DNA from: Methylococcales bacterium
Lineage (GTDB): Bacteria; Pseudomonadota; Gammaproteobacteria; Methylococcales; Methylomonadaceae
Reading direction: 5' to 3'
DNA length: 64,000 nt
Assembly (NCBI GenBank): GCA_026398895.1
Contig: JAPLRZ010000063.1
Location: forward strand, 1-64,000
Shown here: one piece after another, positions 47,201 through 55,755 of the stretch
How the letters are laid out: each line of letters begins with the position of its first letter
Position numbering within the stretch: position 1 is the stretch's first letter
Program-made: the position numbers and the translations under genes
The notes under the pieces: model-generated
What the model saw: the letters and a program-made list of their open reading frames with translations, nothing else
Database searches by the model: none
What the model was told of the DNA's origin: nothing

Positions 47201-47293
47201 GTGATTATCGGTGGACTTATTACTGCAACACTATTAACGTTGACCATGTTGCCCGCACTTTACCGTCATTTTGAAGAACACCATGAATCCTAA
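44216..47293 (+). CDS. HME-RND heavy-metal efflux pump, CzcA-like, system 2
   Basis: AIDFGIIVDSAVVLVEA (D-x-G-x3-D-x5-E) in TM4. Conserved blocks WSGQFENQQRAMKRL and GSETAKPFAVVIIGGL. 1025 aa. Confidence 0.85.
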   Translation: MINKLISFCLQQRLLVIGASALLAVVGIISFERLPVQAFPDVQNVFVQVVTQYSGQAPEEVEKLISLPIEKEMNGLPHLINMRSVSIFGLSVVTLTFDDDAEDYFSRQQVLERLQEVNLPDGVSPSIAPLSTGVGEIYRYRIEAPDYPLVEQRALQDWVIERTLRTVQGVADVVAFGGGVKQYQIEVDPDKLRDYKLSLPDVYQAIAANNANTGGGYIEHGYEALVVRGAGLLKSADEIGDIVVSSQNGVPVFVKNIANVVVGPQPRNGIVGYNERDDVVEGIVLLIKGRDAIEVLQGVKEKITDLNSHILPLGVKMIPIYDRTDLVEHTVHTVGHNMLEGAALILAILIIFLRRVWASAVVIAVIPLSLMFAFILIDMKHVSANLISLGAIDFGIIVDSAVVLVEAIMVRVTLEMAQKATVAHMRQSMLMTAVDMARPILFSKAIIIIAFLPIFTFQRVEAKIFSPMAFTLSFALLGSLIISLTLVPVLLSYLIGPRLTESHNPLVNGMERIYLAILEAVLRHPKKLFTGAVLTLILSLASTPLIGTEFMPKLDEGNIWLTITLPTPVSLAKAKVLEQDIRGHLSKFSETKSILTQLGRPEDGTDPKGFNNLEILIDLDPKDTWNKKYHEDKDKLVEDMQKSLAVFPGLQFNFSQVIQDNVEEAISGVKGEIAIKIFGEDLKILQEKANQITSILRSIEGSTDVAAEQQSGLAQMVIAIDRAKIARYGINVNDVEDVIAMAVGGKTATQMLEGERRFDITVRLTGAARDSVGAIEDITVLSLDGSRIPLAELADIKINQGASRISRENNIRRIAIKCNLIDRDQGSFVAEAQQKVGEQVVLQPGYRIVWSGQFENQQRAMKRLSFIVPVSLVLIFVLLFWAFQSLKSASLIVMNVPFAMIGGLVALLLTGIHLSVSAAVGFIALFGIAVQNGVILLSQINHLRREGISLEEAILQGSVSRLRPVVMTALMAILGLMPAALSTSVGSETAKPFAVVIIGGLITATLLTLTMLPALYRHFEEHHES

Positions 47294-47302
47294 GGTCTCC
47301 CC

Positions 47303-47629
47303 ATGAAAGAAATTCGCGCTTATATCCAACCGTTTATGTTAGCTAAATTAACGCAGACACTACTTGAAATACCCCATTTTCCAGGCATGAGTGTCTCTGA
47401 TTGCGAGGGTTTTGGACGAGTCAAAGTCGTTAAAGGGCAAGATTATATGCCGTTTATGGCGAAAAAACGTATTGAGATTTTCGCGCATGATGAACAGGTG
47501 GAGAGTATTTTCAATGCGATTATGACGATTGCCAATACCCATCAACACGGTGCGGGCAAGGTTTATATTATTGATGTAGATGAAGGCGCGATTATAAACA
47601 CAGGTGAACGTGGAAAAAACTTGGTGTAG
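47303..47629 (+). CDS. PII (GlnB)-like small protein encoded downstream of the CzcA-like pump
   Basis: MKEIRAYIQPFMLAKLTQTLLEIPHFPGMSVSDCEGFGR parallels the GlnB N-terminus (MKKIEAIIKPFKLDDV...GITGMTVTEVKGFGRQKG). 108 aa. Confidence 0.55.
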   Translation: MKEIRAYIQPFMLAKLTQTLLEIPHFPGMSVSDCEGFGRVKVVKGQDYMPFMAKKRIEIFAHDEQVESIFNAIMTIANTHQHGAGKVYIIDVDEGAIINTGERGKNLV

Positions 47630-47637
47630 TAAGTTAG

Positions 47638-47667
47638 GAGTCCAAAACACGTTTTGGACTCCTATAA
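47638..47667. terminator. Bidirectional rho-independent-type terminator hairpin between convergent efflux operons 2 and 3
   Basis: aggagtccaaaac-acg-ttttggactcct is a perfect 13-bp stem with A/T runs on both sides of the loop. It lies exactly between the two convergent stop codons. Confidence 0.6.
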
Positions 47668-47669
47668 AC

Positions 47670-47978
47670 TTAAATTACTCCGCTAATAATCACAGGTAAC
47701 ACCCAATATTGAATGCCAGATCCTGAAAACTCTTGTTTTAATTTTTCAACTAAGGTATCCAAGTCATTTTCATCAATGTACATTTGAAAACGTAGCTGTT
47801 TTTGCCGACCAGTCACTTGTTCAGCTAATGATAAGCCTTTGTTTTCATGATGATGGGAGTTGACAGCAAAACTGCTAAACCCCAGTTCTTCTTCAAGGGT
47901 TAGCAAGGTATCGACAAGAGCCTCTTCGAGACTGGGTGAGACGTTAATCGTCACCAGATATTCTTTGTCATGCTTCAT
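47670..47978 (-). CDS. Small DUF3240/PII-fold-like protein co-transcribed after the CusA-like pump
   Basis: A 102-aa protein whose start overlaps the pump stop by 4 nt (ATGA). Small PII-fold proteins of this size commonly follow czcA/cusA. No strong motif was seen. Confidence 0.4.
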   Translation of the reverse strand: MKHDKEYLVTINVSPSLEEALVDTLLTLEEELGFSSFAVNSHHHENKGLSLAEQVTGRQKQLRFQMYIDENDLDTLVEKLKQEFSGSGIQYWVLPVIISGVI

Positions 47979-50900
47979 AATCTGTCCTCTTTGGGTAAGC
48001 CATATAATTTAAACAAAATCGGCAATAAAAATAGCGTCAGGAAAGTAGATGACACCAAGCCGCCAATGACCACAATGGCTAACGGGCGTTGAATTTCAGA
48101 GCCAGGCCCTGTGGCAAATAATAACGGAATCAAACCAAACGCTGCGATACTGGCAGTCATTAACACGGGACGTAATCGCCGTGAAGAACCCAGCGTAACG
48201 ACTTTGAGTATATCCATCCCCATTGCTTTAAGCTGATTAAAATAACTTACCATCACCACGCCATTCAGTACCGCGATACCTAACAAGGCGATAAAACCAA
48301 CCGAGGCAGGCACAGATAAATATTCGCCTGAAATCCACAAACCAAACACGCCCCCGACCATTGCCAATGGAATATTGGATAACACCAATACTGCTTGTCG
48401 CACTGAGCCAAAAGTAGAAAATAATAATAAAAAGATTAAACCCAAAGCGATAGGCACAACCAATTTTAAGGTTGCTGCTGCCCGTTGTTGGTTTTCAAAT
48501 TGTCCGCCAAATTCCACCGTATAACCTGTGGGTAGTTTGACTTTTTCTTCCACAGCTTTACGCGCTTCATCCACAAAGCCGACTAAATCACGCCCATTGA
48601 CATTACTACGCACTACTACAAATCGTTGTCCTTTTTCTCTGCCGATGGATACCACGCCTTCCACTTTATCAATGTGTGCAACAGCGGTCACAGGCACATG
48701 ACCACCATTGGGTAGCGTAATTTGCAAATCCTCAAAATTCGCGGTGTTACTACTACCGCGCAGAATAATCGGTGTGCGCTTAATGCCTTCCTGCACAATA
48801 CCCAAATTTAAGCCTTCAATCTGAGCGCGTAATAAATTTTCGATACTGTCCGCATCCAAACCCAAACGTCCTGCGGCTAGTTTGTCGATAGTGAGTTGTA
48901 AAAACTGCATCCCATCATTTTGCTTGGCAAACACATCACTTGAACCGCTAATCTTTTTTAAGGTTTCGGCAATTTCATTGGCTTTATCGTTAAGCACCGC
49001 GAGATCTGCACCGAATAATTTAATGGCAACATCACCGCGTGTCCCTGTGAGCATTTCTGATACCCGCATTTCAATCGGTTGGGTAAAACCAAAGGCAATC
49101 CCTGGGGTTTGTGCCATAACTTTACGGATTTCTTCAATCAACTCATCTTTACTATTCATCCGCCATTGGTCTTTAGGTTTTAATACCAAAAAAGTATCGG
49201 TTTCGTTTAAGCCCATTGGATCAAGCCCTAATTCATCTGAACCGACCCGCGACACGATGGTGGCAATTTCAGGCACGTTTTTCAGCAGATTTTTCTGCAC
49301 CTGTCCGTCTAAATCCACCGATTTTGCCAGCGTGATAGAAGGTAATTTTTCCAATTGCAAAATAATATCGCCTTCGTCCATCGTGGGCATAAAGGTACTA
49401 CCAATTTGTGTGAACACCAGCACGGTGATAACCAATAAAACACCCGCACCTGTGAATACTATTTTGCTGTTGTTTAAACACCAGAGCAAACTCGGTTGGT
49501 AAAGTTTTTGTAGTTGGCGTGGTAGCCACGGTTCTTCATGCGAGACTTCTTTCAACAAATAAGAGGCAATCACAGGAATCACCGTAAGCGACAATATCAA
49601 TGAACCACTAAGTGCAAACACGATGGTCAACGCGACAGGGGTGAATAATTTCCCTTCTAAACCTTGCAGAGTGAGCAACGGTAAAAATACGATGATAATA
49701 ATTAAAATCCCAGCAGTCACAGACGCGGCAACTTCCGTTGTGGCACGATAAATAATGTGTAATCGTGGCAAGCGTTTGGCAGTTTGAGTTTCGGCTAAAT
49801 GGGTGATGAGATTTTCCACCACTACCACCGCCGCATCCACAAGCATACCGATGGCGATTGCCAAGCCGCCTAAACTCATGAGATTAGCCGACATACCCAT
49901 TTGGTTCATGAGGATAAATGTGAACAAAGCGGCAAGCGGCAACGCTAACGCAACCACTAACGCGGCGCGTAAATTACCCAAAAATAAAATCAGCAATACG
50001 ATGACTAATACAATGGCTTCTAGTAGCGCGTGTAATACTGTTTCTACCGCTTTATCGACTAAATCACCGCGATTGTAAAACACCTTAGCTTCCACACCTT
50101 TTGGAAAGGCTTTTTTGAGTTCTTCAAACTTTGCTTCAATACCTTTAATGGTTTGCCGCGCATTCGCACCGCGTAAACTCAGTACCAGCCCTGTCACCGA
50201 TTCACCCTCGCCATTTTTACTCACCGCACCATAACGGGTAATCGCGCCTATATTCACTTCGGCAACATCGGCGACGGTAATGGGTGTACCATTTTTGTTA
50301 TCCACAACAATATTTTTAACATCGTTAATATTTTTAATTCGTCCTTCCGCTCGCACGATTAAGGCTTCTTCGCCATCGGTCATGCGTCCTGCACCATCAT
50401 TACGGTTATTGCTTTGTATCGCTTGTTGTAATTTATCGATACCAATACCTCTGGCGGATAAGCGGGTATTATCGGGAATAATCTCAAAACTACGCACTAA
50501 ACCGCCTAAGGAATTGACATCGGCAACCCCTGCAACTGTGCGTAGAGCTGGGCGTATCACCCAATCCAATAAACTGCGCCGTTCCATTAGGCTTAAACCA
50601 CCGCCTTCTACAGAAAACATGAACATCTCGCCGAGTGGCGTGGTCATGGGTGCAATACCACCTGTTACCCCAGCGGGTAAGTTTCCCCACATGGTATTTA
50701 AACGTTCGGCGATTTGTTGCCGCGCCCAAAAAATATCGGTACCTTCGGCAAAATCGACCGTAATATCAGTTAAGGCGTATTTGGCAATCGAGCGCAACAT
50801 GGTTTGATGCGGTATGCCTAATAACTCAACTTCAATAGGCGCGGTGATACGCGCTTCCACTTCTTCGGGGGTCATGCCCGCCGCTTTGACGATAATTTTT

Positions 50901-51037
50901 ACTTGCGTTGGTGAGACTTCGGGAAACGCATCAATGGGAATATTGGTAAACGCATGATAACCACCGCCTGCTAATAACAGCACGAAAATCATCATCAACA
51001 GTCGCTGACTTAGAGCAAAGCGAATAAGAGGAGACAT
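47975..51037 (-). CDS. HME-RND efflux pump, CusA-like (monovalent Cu/Ag type), system 3
   Basis: TM4 reads GGLAIAIGMLVDAAVVVVEN, i.e. A-x-G-x3-D-x5-E (CusA type; the first Asp is replaced by Ala). Conserved blocks: FGGQFENQQRAAATL; GSEIQRPLAIVVIGGL. 1020 aa. Confidence 0.8.
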   Translation of the reverse strand: MSPLIRFALSQRLLMMIFVLLLAGGGYHAFTNIPIDAFPEVSPTQVKIIVKAAGMTPEEVEARITAPIEVELLGIPHQTMLRSIAKYALTDITVDFAEGTDIFWARQQIAERLNTMWGNLPAGVTGGIAPMTTPLGEMFMFSVEGGGLSLMERRSLLDWVIRPALRTVAGVADVNSLGGLVRSFEIIPDNTRLSARGIGIDKLQQAIQSNNRNDGAGRMTDGEEALIVRAEGRIKNINDVKNIVVDNKNGTPITVADVAEVNIGAITRYGAVSKNGEGESVTGLVLSLRGANARQTIKGIEAKFEELKKAFPKGVEAKVFYNRGDLVDKAVETVLHALLEAIVLVIVLLILFLGNLRAALVVALALPLAALFTFILMNQMGMSANLMSLGGLAIAIGMLVDAAVVVVENLITHLAETQTAKRLPRLHIIYRATTEVAASVTAGILIIIIVFLPLLTLQGLEGKLFTPVALTIVFALSGSLILSLTVIPVIASYLLKEVSHEEPWLPRQLQKLYQPSLLWCLNNSKIVFTGAGVLLVITVLVFTQIGSTFMPTMDEGDIILQLEKLPSITLAKSVDLDGQVQKNLLKNVPEIATIVSRVGSDELGLDPMGLNETDTFLVLKPKDQWRMNSKDELIEEIRKVMAQTPGIAFGFTQPIEMRVSEMLTGTRGDVAIKLFGADLAVLNDKANEIAETLKKISGSSDVFAKQNDGMQFLQLTIDKLAAGRLGLDADSIENLLRAQIEGLNLGIVQEGIKRTPIILRGSSNTANFEDLQITLPNGGHVPVTAVAHIDKVEGVVSIGREKGQRFVVVRSNVNGRDLVGFVDEARKAVEEKVKLPTGYTVEFGGQFENQQRAAATLKLVVPIALGLIFLLLFSTFGSVRQAVLVLSNIPLAMVGGVFGLWISGEYLSVPASVGFIALLGIAVLNGVVMVSYFNQLKAMGMDILKVVTLGSSRRLRPVLMTASIAAFGLIPLLFATGPGSEIQRPLAIVVIGGLVSSTFLTLFLLPILFKLYGLPKEDRL

Positions 51038-52224
51038 TATTCAGCACTCCCCAAGCCTAACCAGTTGGCTTTTAATGCCACCGCGCCTTGAATAGCTATG
51101 TCTTGATTAGCGAATAATTCGCCGCTAATAATCGACTCTTCGCCTTGTTTGCCAATCACGCTAATCGGTGTGACCACAAAGCCTGCTTTATCACGGACAA
51201 AAATGAATGACTTGCCTTCATTTTGAGCAATAGCCGCGTTTGGTACTTTAAAAATAGGCAGATCACTGGCTTGAGTAATTTGAATATTAATGCGTTGCCC
51301 AGCGCGTACTGTCGATTGTTTACTATTAATAACGGCTCTTGCCAACACAGTTTGGCTTTCGGCATTAACATTTTGTCCTAACAAATTGATTTTTGCAGTG
51401 ATGTCGGTATTTTCAATTTGCACTTGATCGCCAATTTTTAAACCCGCTACTCGTTCTTGGGGAATATTGATTTCTAACCATAATTCATCGAGATTAGCCA
51501 CACGATAAATCGGAGCTAAACTGTCAATACGTTCACCTGCGACCGCCATACGTTCCATAATCACGCCTGTTATAGGCGCGTGTAAACTGAGCTGGCTAGA
51601 TAAACGGCGGGTTTTGCCTAATTGGGCAATTTCACCGTCGGTCATCCCTGCGATTTGTAACAATTGTTTATGTTCGTTGGCTTCAGAAAGCAGTGCTTCA
51701 TGTTGCGCTTGGGTTTCTTGCCAACGCCGATCAGCGATAACGCCTTCTTGTAACAGCTTTTTATCGCGTTGATAAAAAACAGCACTCAGTTGTAACTCAC
51801 TTAAGGCTTTAAGATACAAGCGTTGCATGGACAATAAATCTGAGCTGTTGAGTTCAGCTAACACCGCGCCTTTTTTAACGTTATCGCCTATTGCCGCGTT
51901 TAATTTAGTGATGAGTCCTGCTTGCGAGGCACTCACAACAAATTCTTGCGCAGGTGGGACAACGACTTTTGCTGGTGCGGTGAGCAGTGGAATTTGGCTG
52001 ACGACTTCTAATTTGCCTAGCGTCACACCTAGATTATTAAAATGTTCTTGGGAAATATTTATCTGGTTTTCCGCGTGGGCGAAGGAGCAGAACAGTAGTG
52101 CAATCAAAGCAATTAATACTAAGCGCGTCGTTCCTACACGCTGACTGGAGTGTAAACCTAGGTTTGTATTCGATTGGCGAGTGGGAACTACAAAACGTAG
52201 TGGTAATAAATCATTCATATTCAT
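51037..52224 (-). CDS. RND efflux periplasmic adaptor (CusB-like), system 3
   Basis: A signal peptide (LIALIALLFCSFAHA), an HlyD-type hairpin and the barrel block LHAPITGVIMERM. The annotated 5' end contains a degenerate copy of the 24-bp palindrome, so the true start may be internal (non-ATG). Confidence 0.65.
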   Translation of the reverse strand: MNMNDLLPLRFVVPTRQSNTNLGLHSSQRVGTTRLVLIALIALLFCSFAHAENQINISQEHFNNLGVTLGKLEVVSQIPLLTAPAKVVVPPAQEFVVSASQAGLITKLNAAIGDNVKKGAVLAELNSSDLLSMQRLYLKALSELQLSAVFYQRDKKLLQEGVIADRRWQETQAQHEALLSEANEHKQLLQIAGMTDGEIAQLGKTRRLSSQLSLHAPITGVIMERMAVAGERIDSLAPIYRVANLDELWLEINIPQERVAGLKIGDQVQIENTDITAKINLLGQNVNAESQTVLARAVINSKQSTVRAGQRINIQITQASDLPIFKVPNAAIAQNEGKSFIFVRDKAGFVVTPISVIGKQGEESIISGELFANQDIAIQGAVALKANWLGLGSAE

Positions 52225-53468
52225 GGCATTACTCCTACCGCTTGGTTATATAAGGCAATATCACGTTCTAACATTACCGCTCGTTCTTTCGCATTTAAAA
52301 TCGCTTGTTGGGCTTTGGACTCTATTTTTAACAAGTCCATTAAATTAATTTCACCGACTGAAAACGCGGTATTACTCATGTTTAACAGGTTTTCGGTGGC
52401 TTTTTTCATTTCGTTGGCATTTTCTAGCTCAGCCCGATTCACTTCCAAATTATGTTCTGCTTCGTGGTGTGCTTGTTTTAAATCTCGAAACAATTGTTCG
52501 CGTTCAGCGAGTAATTTATTTAACTCAACATTGATTGCGGCAATGTGCGGAGCGATATGATCGCTACCACCAAACGGCACGGTGATACCAATATTAAAAC
52601 TAGCAGTGTGATTACTGCGACTGTCACCCATATCAGTGTTCACGCCAACAGCGACATTATTTTGCCCAGAACCAATAGCTTTGATAGTATCGAGTTCTGC
52701 TTGTTTACGATTAATTTGGCTATTAATTGCTACTAAGGCAGGATGGTTTTGTTCAATTTCTTTTAAGGCAACTAACTTTTCTTGATAGTTTTTTGGCATT
52801 TTGCTCATTTGCGTAATACTGGCGTAGCGTTTACGCGCGTGCATTAACTCTGCTTCTGCCAAAATCAGGGTTGAACGCTTTTGTAGCAACTCCGTTTGTG
52901 CTAACAGCGAATCTGAACGCGGTAAATCTCCTAGTTCAACTCGTCGCCCAATTTTTGCGTACAACTGCTCATAAATATTTATTTCTGCCAATGCTTGTTC
53001 ATAGCGGATTTTTTGTAAATCCATATCCCACAATGCACCGCGTACCAAGCCAGCTACGCGCAGTTTAGTTGCGAATGTTTGCATTTTTGCACTGGTATCG
53101 GCTTTTTCACCAAGTGCTTGTTCAGCATCACGTTGTCCAATGTTCCACAAGGGAACTTCTACGCCCGCATCATTGTAATGTAGCGTACCGCTGGTGGCTT
53201 CTTGAAAGCGATAAAACGCTTTTGACGCGCCAGCCGTCCAACTTTTACCCCGCTGTGCAAGTGCGGTGGCTTCTTCTTCCAGCGAATTAAGCCACGCCAT
53301 GTCAGGGAATTTTTCTAAGGTTAAATCAACAACTTTGGGTAAAGTCAGTGATTCATCAATTTCAACGGTATCTTGGTGATCGACTATCGGTGTCGATTCA
53401 GCAAAACTTAAGGAAATCATTAGCCAAAAAGCAAGTAAACACCTGCTAAAAAGGTTTAAAACAAACAT
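52221..53468 (-). CDS. Outer-membrane efflux factor (CusC/TolC-like), system 3
   Basis: A signal peptide and OEP repeat structure. It is 4-nt overlap-coupled to the adaptor gene. Confidence 0.65.
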   Translation of the reverse strand: MFVLNLFSRCLLAFWLMISLSFAESTPIVDHQDTVEIDESLTLPKVVDLTLEKFPDMAWLNSLEEEATALAQRGKSWTAGASKAFYRFQEATSGTLHYNDAGVEVPLWNIGQRDAEQALGEKADTSAKMQTFATKLRVAGLVRGALWDMDLQKIRYEQALAEINIYEQLYAKIGRRVELGDLPRSDSLLAQTELLQKRSTLILAEAELMHARKRYASITQMSKMPKNYQEKLVALKEIEQNHPALVAINSQINRKQAELDTIKAIGSGQNNVAVGVNTDMGDSRSNHTASFNIGITVPFGGSDHIAPHIAAINVELNKLLAEREQLFRDLKQAHHEAEHNLEVNRAELENANEMKKATENLLNMSNTAFSVGEINLMDLLKIESKAQQAILNAKERAVMLERDIALYNQAVGVMP

Positions 53469-53569
53469 AATGGAAAGCTCAATGCGGTAATGACCGCCTT
53501 AATAATGAGTAAGAAAGCTGAGCAATGCTACAGCTAGTCTGTGAGAACGAGTAATCGTCCCGCTAACAG

Positions 53570-54022
53570 CTAGGCGTGTGCAGGTGGGGCGCGTGGGGAA
53601 TGGGGAAAATACGCAAGCCGTCCAAATAATGGCTCGGTATGGGTGAGTGGCGGGATAAAAAATGTGGAAAATCCCGTTTCAAATACAATAGTTGAAGCAG
53701 GTAAAAAATCGCTATGCAAATCAGCGATTATCTTATGAAGCTTATGTGTAGGTGTTGCAATGTTTCGACTAAAACCTGCATCAACACCCACCACCTGACC
53801 ATCAATATCACCACAAAACAATACGGCTTTGCACGATGAAACATTGACTGCCTGCATAGAGTCAACCGCCTCTTGTGGTGTCAAACGATCATAGACTTCA
53901 AGACCAGGAATATGCAGCCCCTGTGATAAAATTTTCTCACTAGTATGCGCATGGACTAGGGGTGCAATAAATTGCAACACGACCAAACAAGCAATAATGA
54001 ATAGGCGAAGTGAGAAAATCAT
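53570..54022 (-). CDS. Hypothetical exported protein (DUF2946-like N-terminus?) upstream of efflux system 3
   Basis: The signal peptide ends in ...FIAPLVHAHT. The low-complexity Pro/His-rich C-terminus may be read-through. No RBS or other coding signal was checked. Confidence 0.3.
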   Translation of the reverse strand: MIFSLRLFIIACLVVLQFIAPLVHAHTSEKILSQGLHIPGLEVYDRLTPQEAVDSMQAVNVSSCKAVLFCGDIDGQVVGVDAGFSRNIATPTHKLHKIIADLHSDFLPASTIVFETGFSTFFIPPLTHTEPLFGRLAYFPHSPRAPPAHA

Positions 54023-54227
54023 GACGACAATGGTATGCTATTAAAAAAAAATTAACAACTTGAAGACTAAATTATAAAGTGGTTTCATTACTTGTCAGGA
54101 ATACAAACCTAGGTTTGTACTCCATTTCGAGTAACTAATAGAAACTGAGGCACTGGATTCCAGCATCCATGCTGGAATGACGATGATCTGGCTTGAGCAG
54201 TAGTTACCTGCTGATTTTTTTGTTAAG

Positions 54228-54345
54228 TTCTTAGTAACAAGTAAGGATGTATTGCTTAACGTTGGAGGTCAGGCTTTGCCTGACTTGCAAGCAAAGCTTG
54301 CACTCCTAAATACACGCAAACTTATTGTCACGCACTTATGAACTT
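54228..54345. repeat. 113-bp repeat element (copy 2; 112/113 identical to 29395-29510) with internal hairpins
   Basis: taagttcttagtaacaagtaaggatgtattgctta[a/g]cgttggaggtcaggctttgcctgacttgcaagcaaagcttgcactcctaaatacacgcaaacttattgtcacgcactta. It lies about 100 bp downstream of a 24-bp-palindrome copy (54098-54123), as does copy 1. Confidence 0.7.
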
Positions 54346-54411
54346 ACAACCACAGATGTCTTTTTTATACCTCATCAATATACTATGTGGGTAATGGACA
54401 GGCTTTTAATC

Positions 54412-55755
54412 TTATGAAAAACTGCGATTGTAAATATGCCGTGCTAATTCAAATAGATAAGGTGATTTTTTACGGTAATCAAACTCTTCAAACGTTATTT
54501 CTACTTTTCCGATTCTTACATCTACACGCGGATAAGAGTTAATTAACCAAAACATTTGATAAAGTAATTTATCGAATAACACTTTATCTTTTCTAAGCTC
54601 TGAGTTACTTTCCTGAATATTATTGGCTAATGCTGGAAAGCGAAACGCATCTTTAATAATTTTTTCGCTGGCTACCTTATTTTGAAGGTTGCAATAAGCC
54701 TTTTTAATGTCCAGAGCAATTAATTTATTTTTATTTTGATTTTCAAAAGTTTCTTTTGTTAAATTCTCACCAGAAAACAGTCTAAATAGTATTTCTTCAT
54801 AAGTTTGCTTTACCTCGTCAAAATTAAACATAATCCGCATATTAATCATAAATAGGTAAGCGATTATTTGTTCATCAACAGCATTAAATACGGTTGAATT
54901 ATGCGTTATCCAGTTACGGGTGCTTTTCATAATCCACGCTAAACCTCTTATTTTTTTAGGTTCTGTCGCCTCCCATTCGTGCGTTAATGTTCTGATAAAG
55001 AGTTTGTACAAGGTGGATTTATCAACGGGTTCGCGCAAGGGTAAAAAATTTGCTAACACGTCTAAATAATTGTGACTATCTTCAAGGCTAATTTTCTTTT
55101 CAGATTCTTCAATAAAGCCATTAAATAACAGTTTGTTTTCAGTGTTGATTAGGTTTTTTAAACTGTGACAGGCTTCAATAATTCCGCGCCTTAATATTGC
55201 ATAAGAGGATTGTTGTGCTGTTAGCCAATCTCTTAGTTTTTCATAATCGGCATCGCTTTTTTCAAAAGCGGTGACTTTTGGCGTGTATATTTCAGTGCAT
55301 TTTTCTTCAAAACTTTTAAACGAATTCTTTTCACCTGTCATGAAACATATTCGTTCAGCAGGTACGCCTAAATGAATTAAATCGTTAAAAATATAAAAGC
55401 CGCCATTTTCGTGAAATTTACGTTTATCGGATAAGTAAGCGTCTGGAATAGGTGAATCAAACTGCTCCGCTGCAATATTATCTAAACGGATGTCAGAGAT
55501 AATGGTGTCTATTTCATGAGTTATTGAATGGGCTGCTTTAAAAGCAATGTAATCGAAATAATTACGGCATAAATAAATATTGTGTACGCTTTTTTGTTGT
55601 TCGCAGAATTTTTTTAAATCGGTGGGGCGTTTTATTAGATTTAATTCGTCTTCGTCCCAGTCATCAAAACTGAGCAGATTTTTAAACATCGATTCTAATG
55701 TGTCTGTGCCTGATGATAATGTGCCACCAAAGTCTTCAATCCATAATATATTCAT
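54412..55755 (-). CDS. REC-like receiver domain fused to an unknown approx. 290-aa C-terminal domain (candidate response-regulator-type effector)
   Basis: The N-terminus MNILWIEDFGG resembles REC strand 1 (ILIVDD). DTIISDIRLDN is positioned like the phospho-acceptor D strand, and ICFMTGE like the T/S strand. The C-terminal two-thirds is novel. The gene is strongly AT-rich and 4-nt overlap-coupled to the upstream kinase-like gene. Confidence 0.4.
   Translation of the reverse strand: MNILWIEDFGGTLSSGTDTLESMFKNLLSFDDWDEDELNLIKRPTDLKKFCEQQKSVHNIYLCRNYFDYIAFKAAHSITHEIDTIISDIRLDNIAAEQFDSPIPDAYLSDKRKFHENGGFYIFNDLIHLGVPAERICFMTGEKNSFKSFEEKCTEIYTPKVTAFEKSDADYEKLRDWLTAQQSSYAILRRGIIEACHSLKNLINTENKLLFNGFIEESEKKISLEDSHNYLDVLANFLPLREPVDKSTLYKLFIRTLTHEWEATEPKKIRGLAWIMKSTRNWITHNSTVFNAVDEQIIAYLFMINMRIMFNFDEVKQTYEEILFRLFSGENLTKETFENQNKNKLIALDIKKAYCNLQNKVASEKIIKDAFRFPALANNIQESNSELRKDKVLFDKLLYQMFWLINSYPRVDVRIGKVEITFEEFDYRKKSPYLFELARHIYNRSFS

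Noticed and set aside
48882-50807. Several 90-200-aa sense-strand ORFs inside the minus-strand CusA-like gene (48882-49502, 49803-50078, 50280-50807).
   Set aside because: All are embedded antisense to a well-supported 1020-aa pump gene and have low-complexity Ser/Ala/Pro-rich translations, so they are shadow ORFs.
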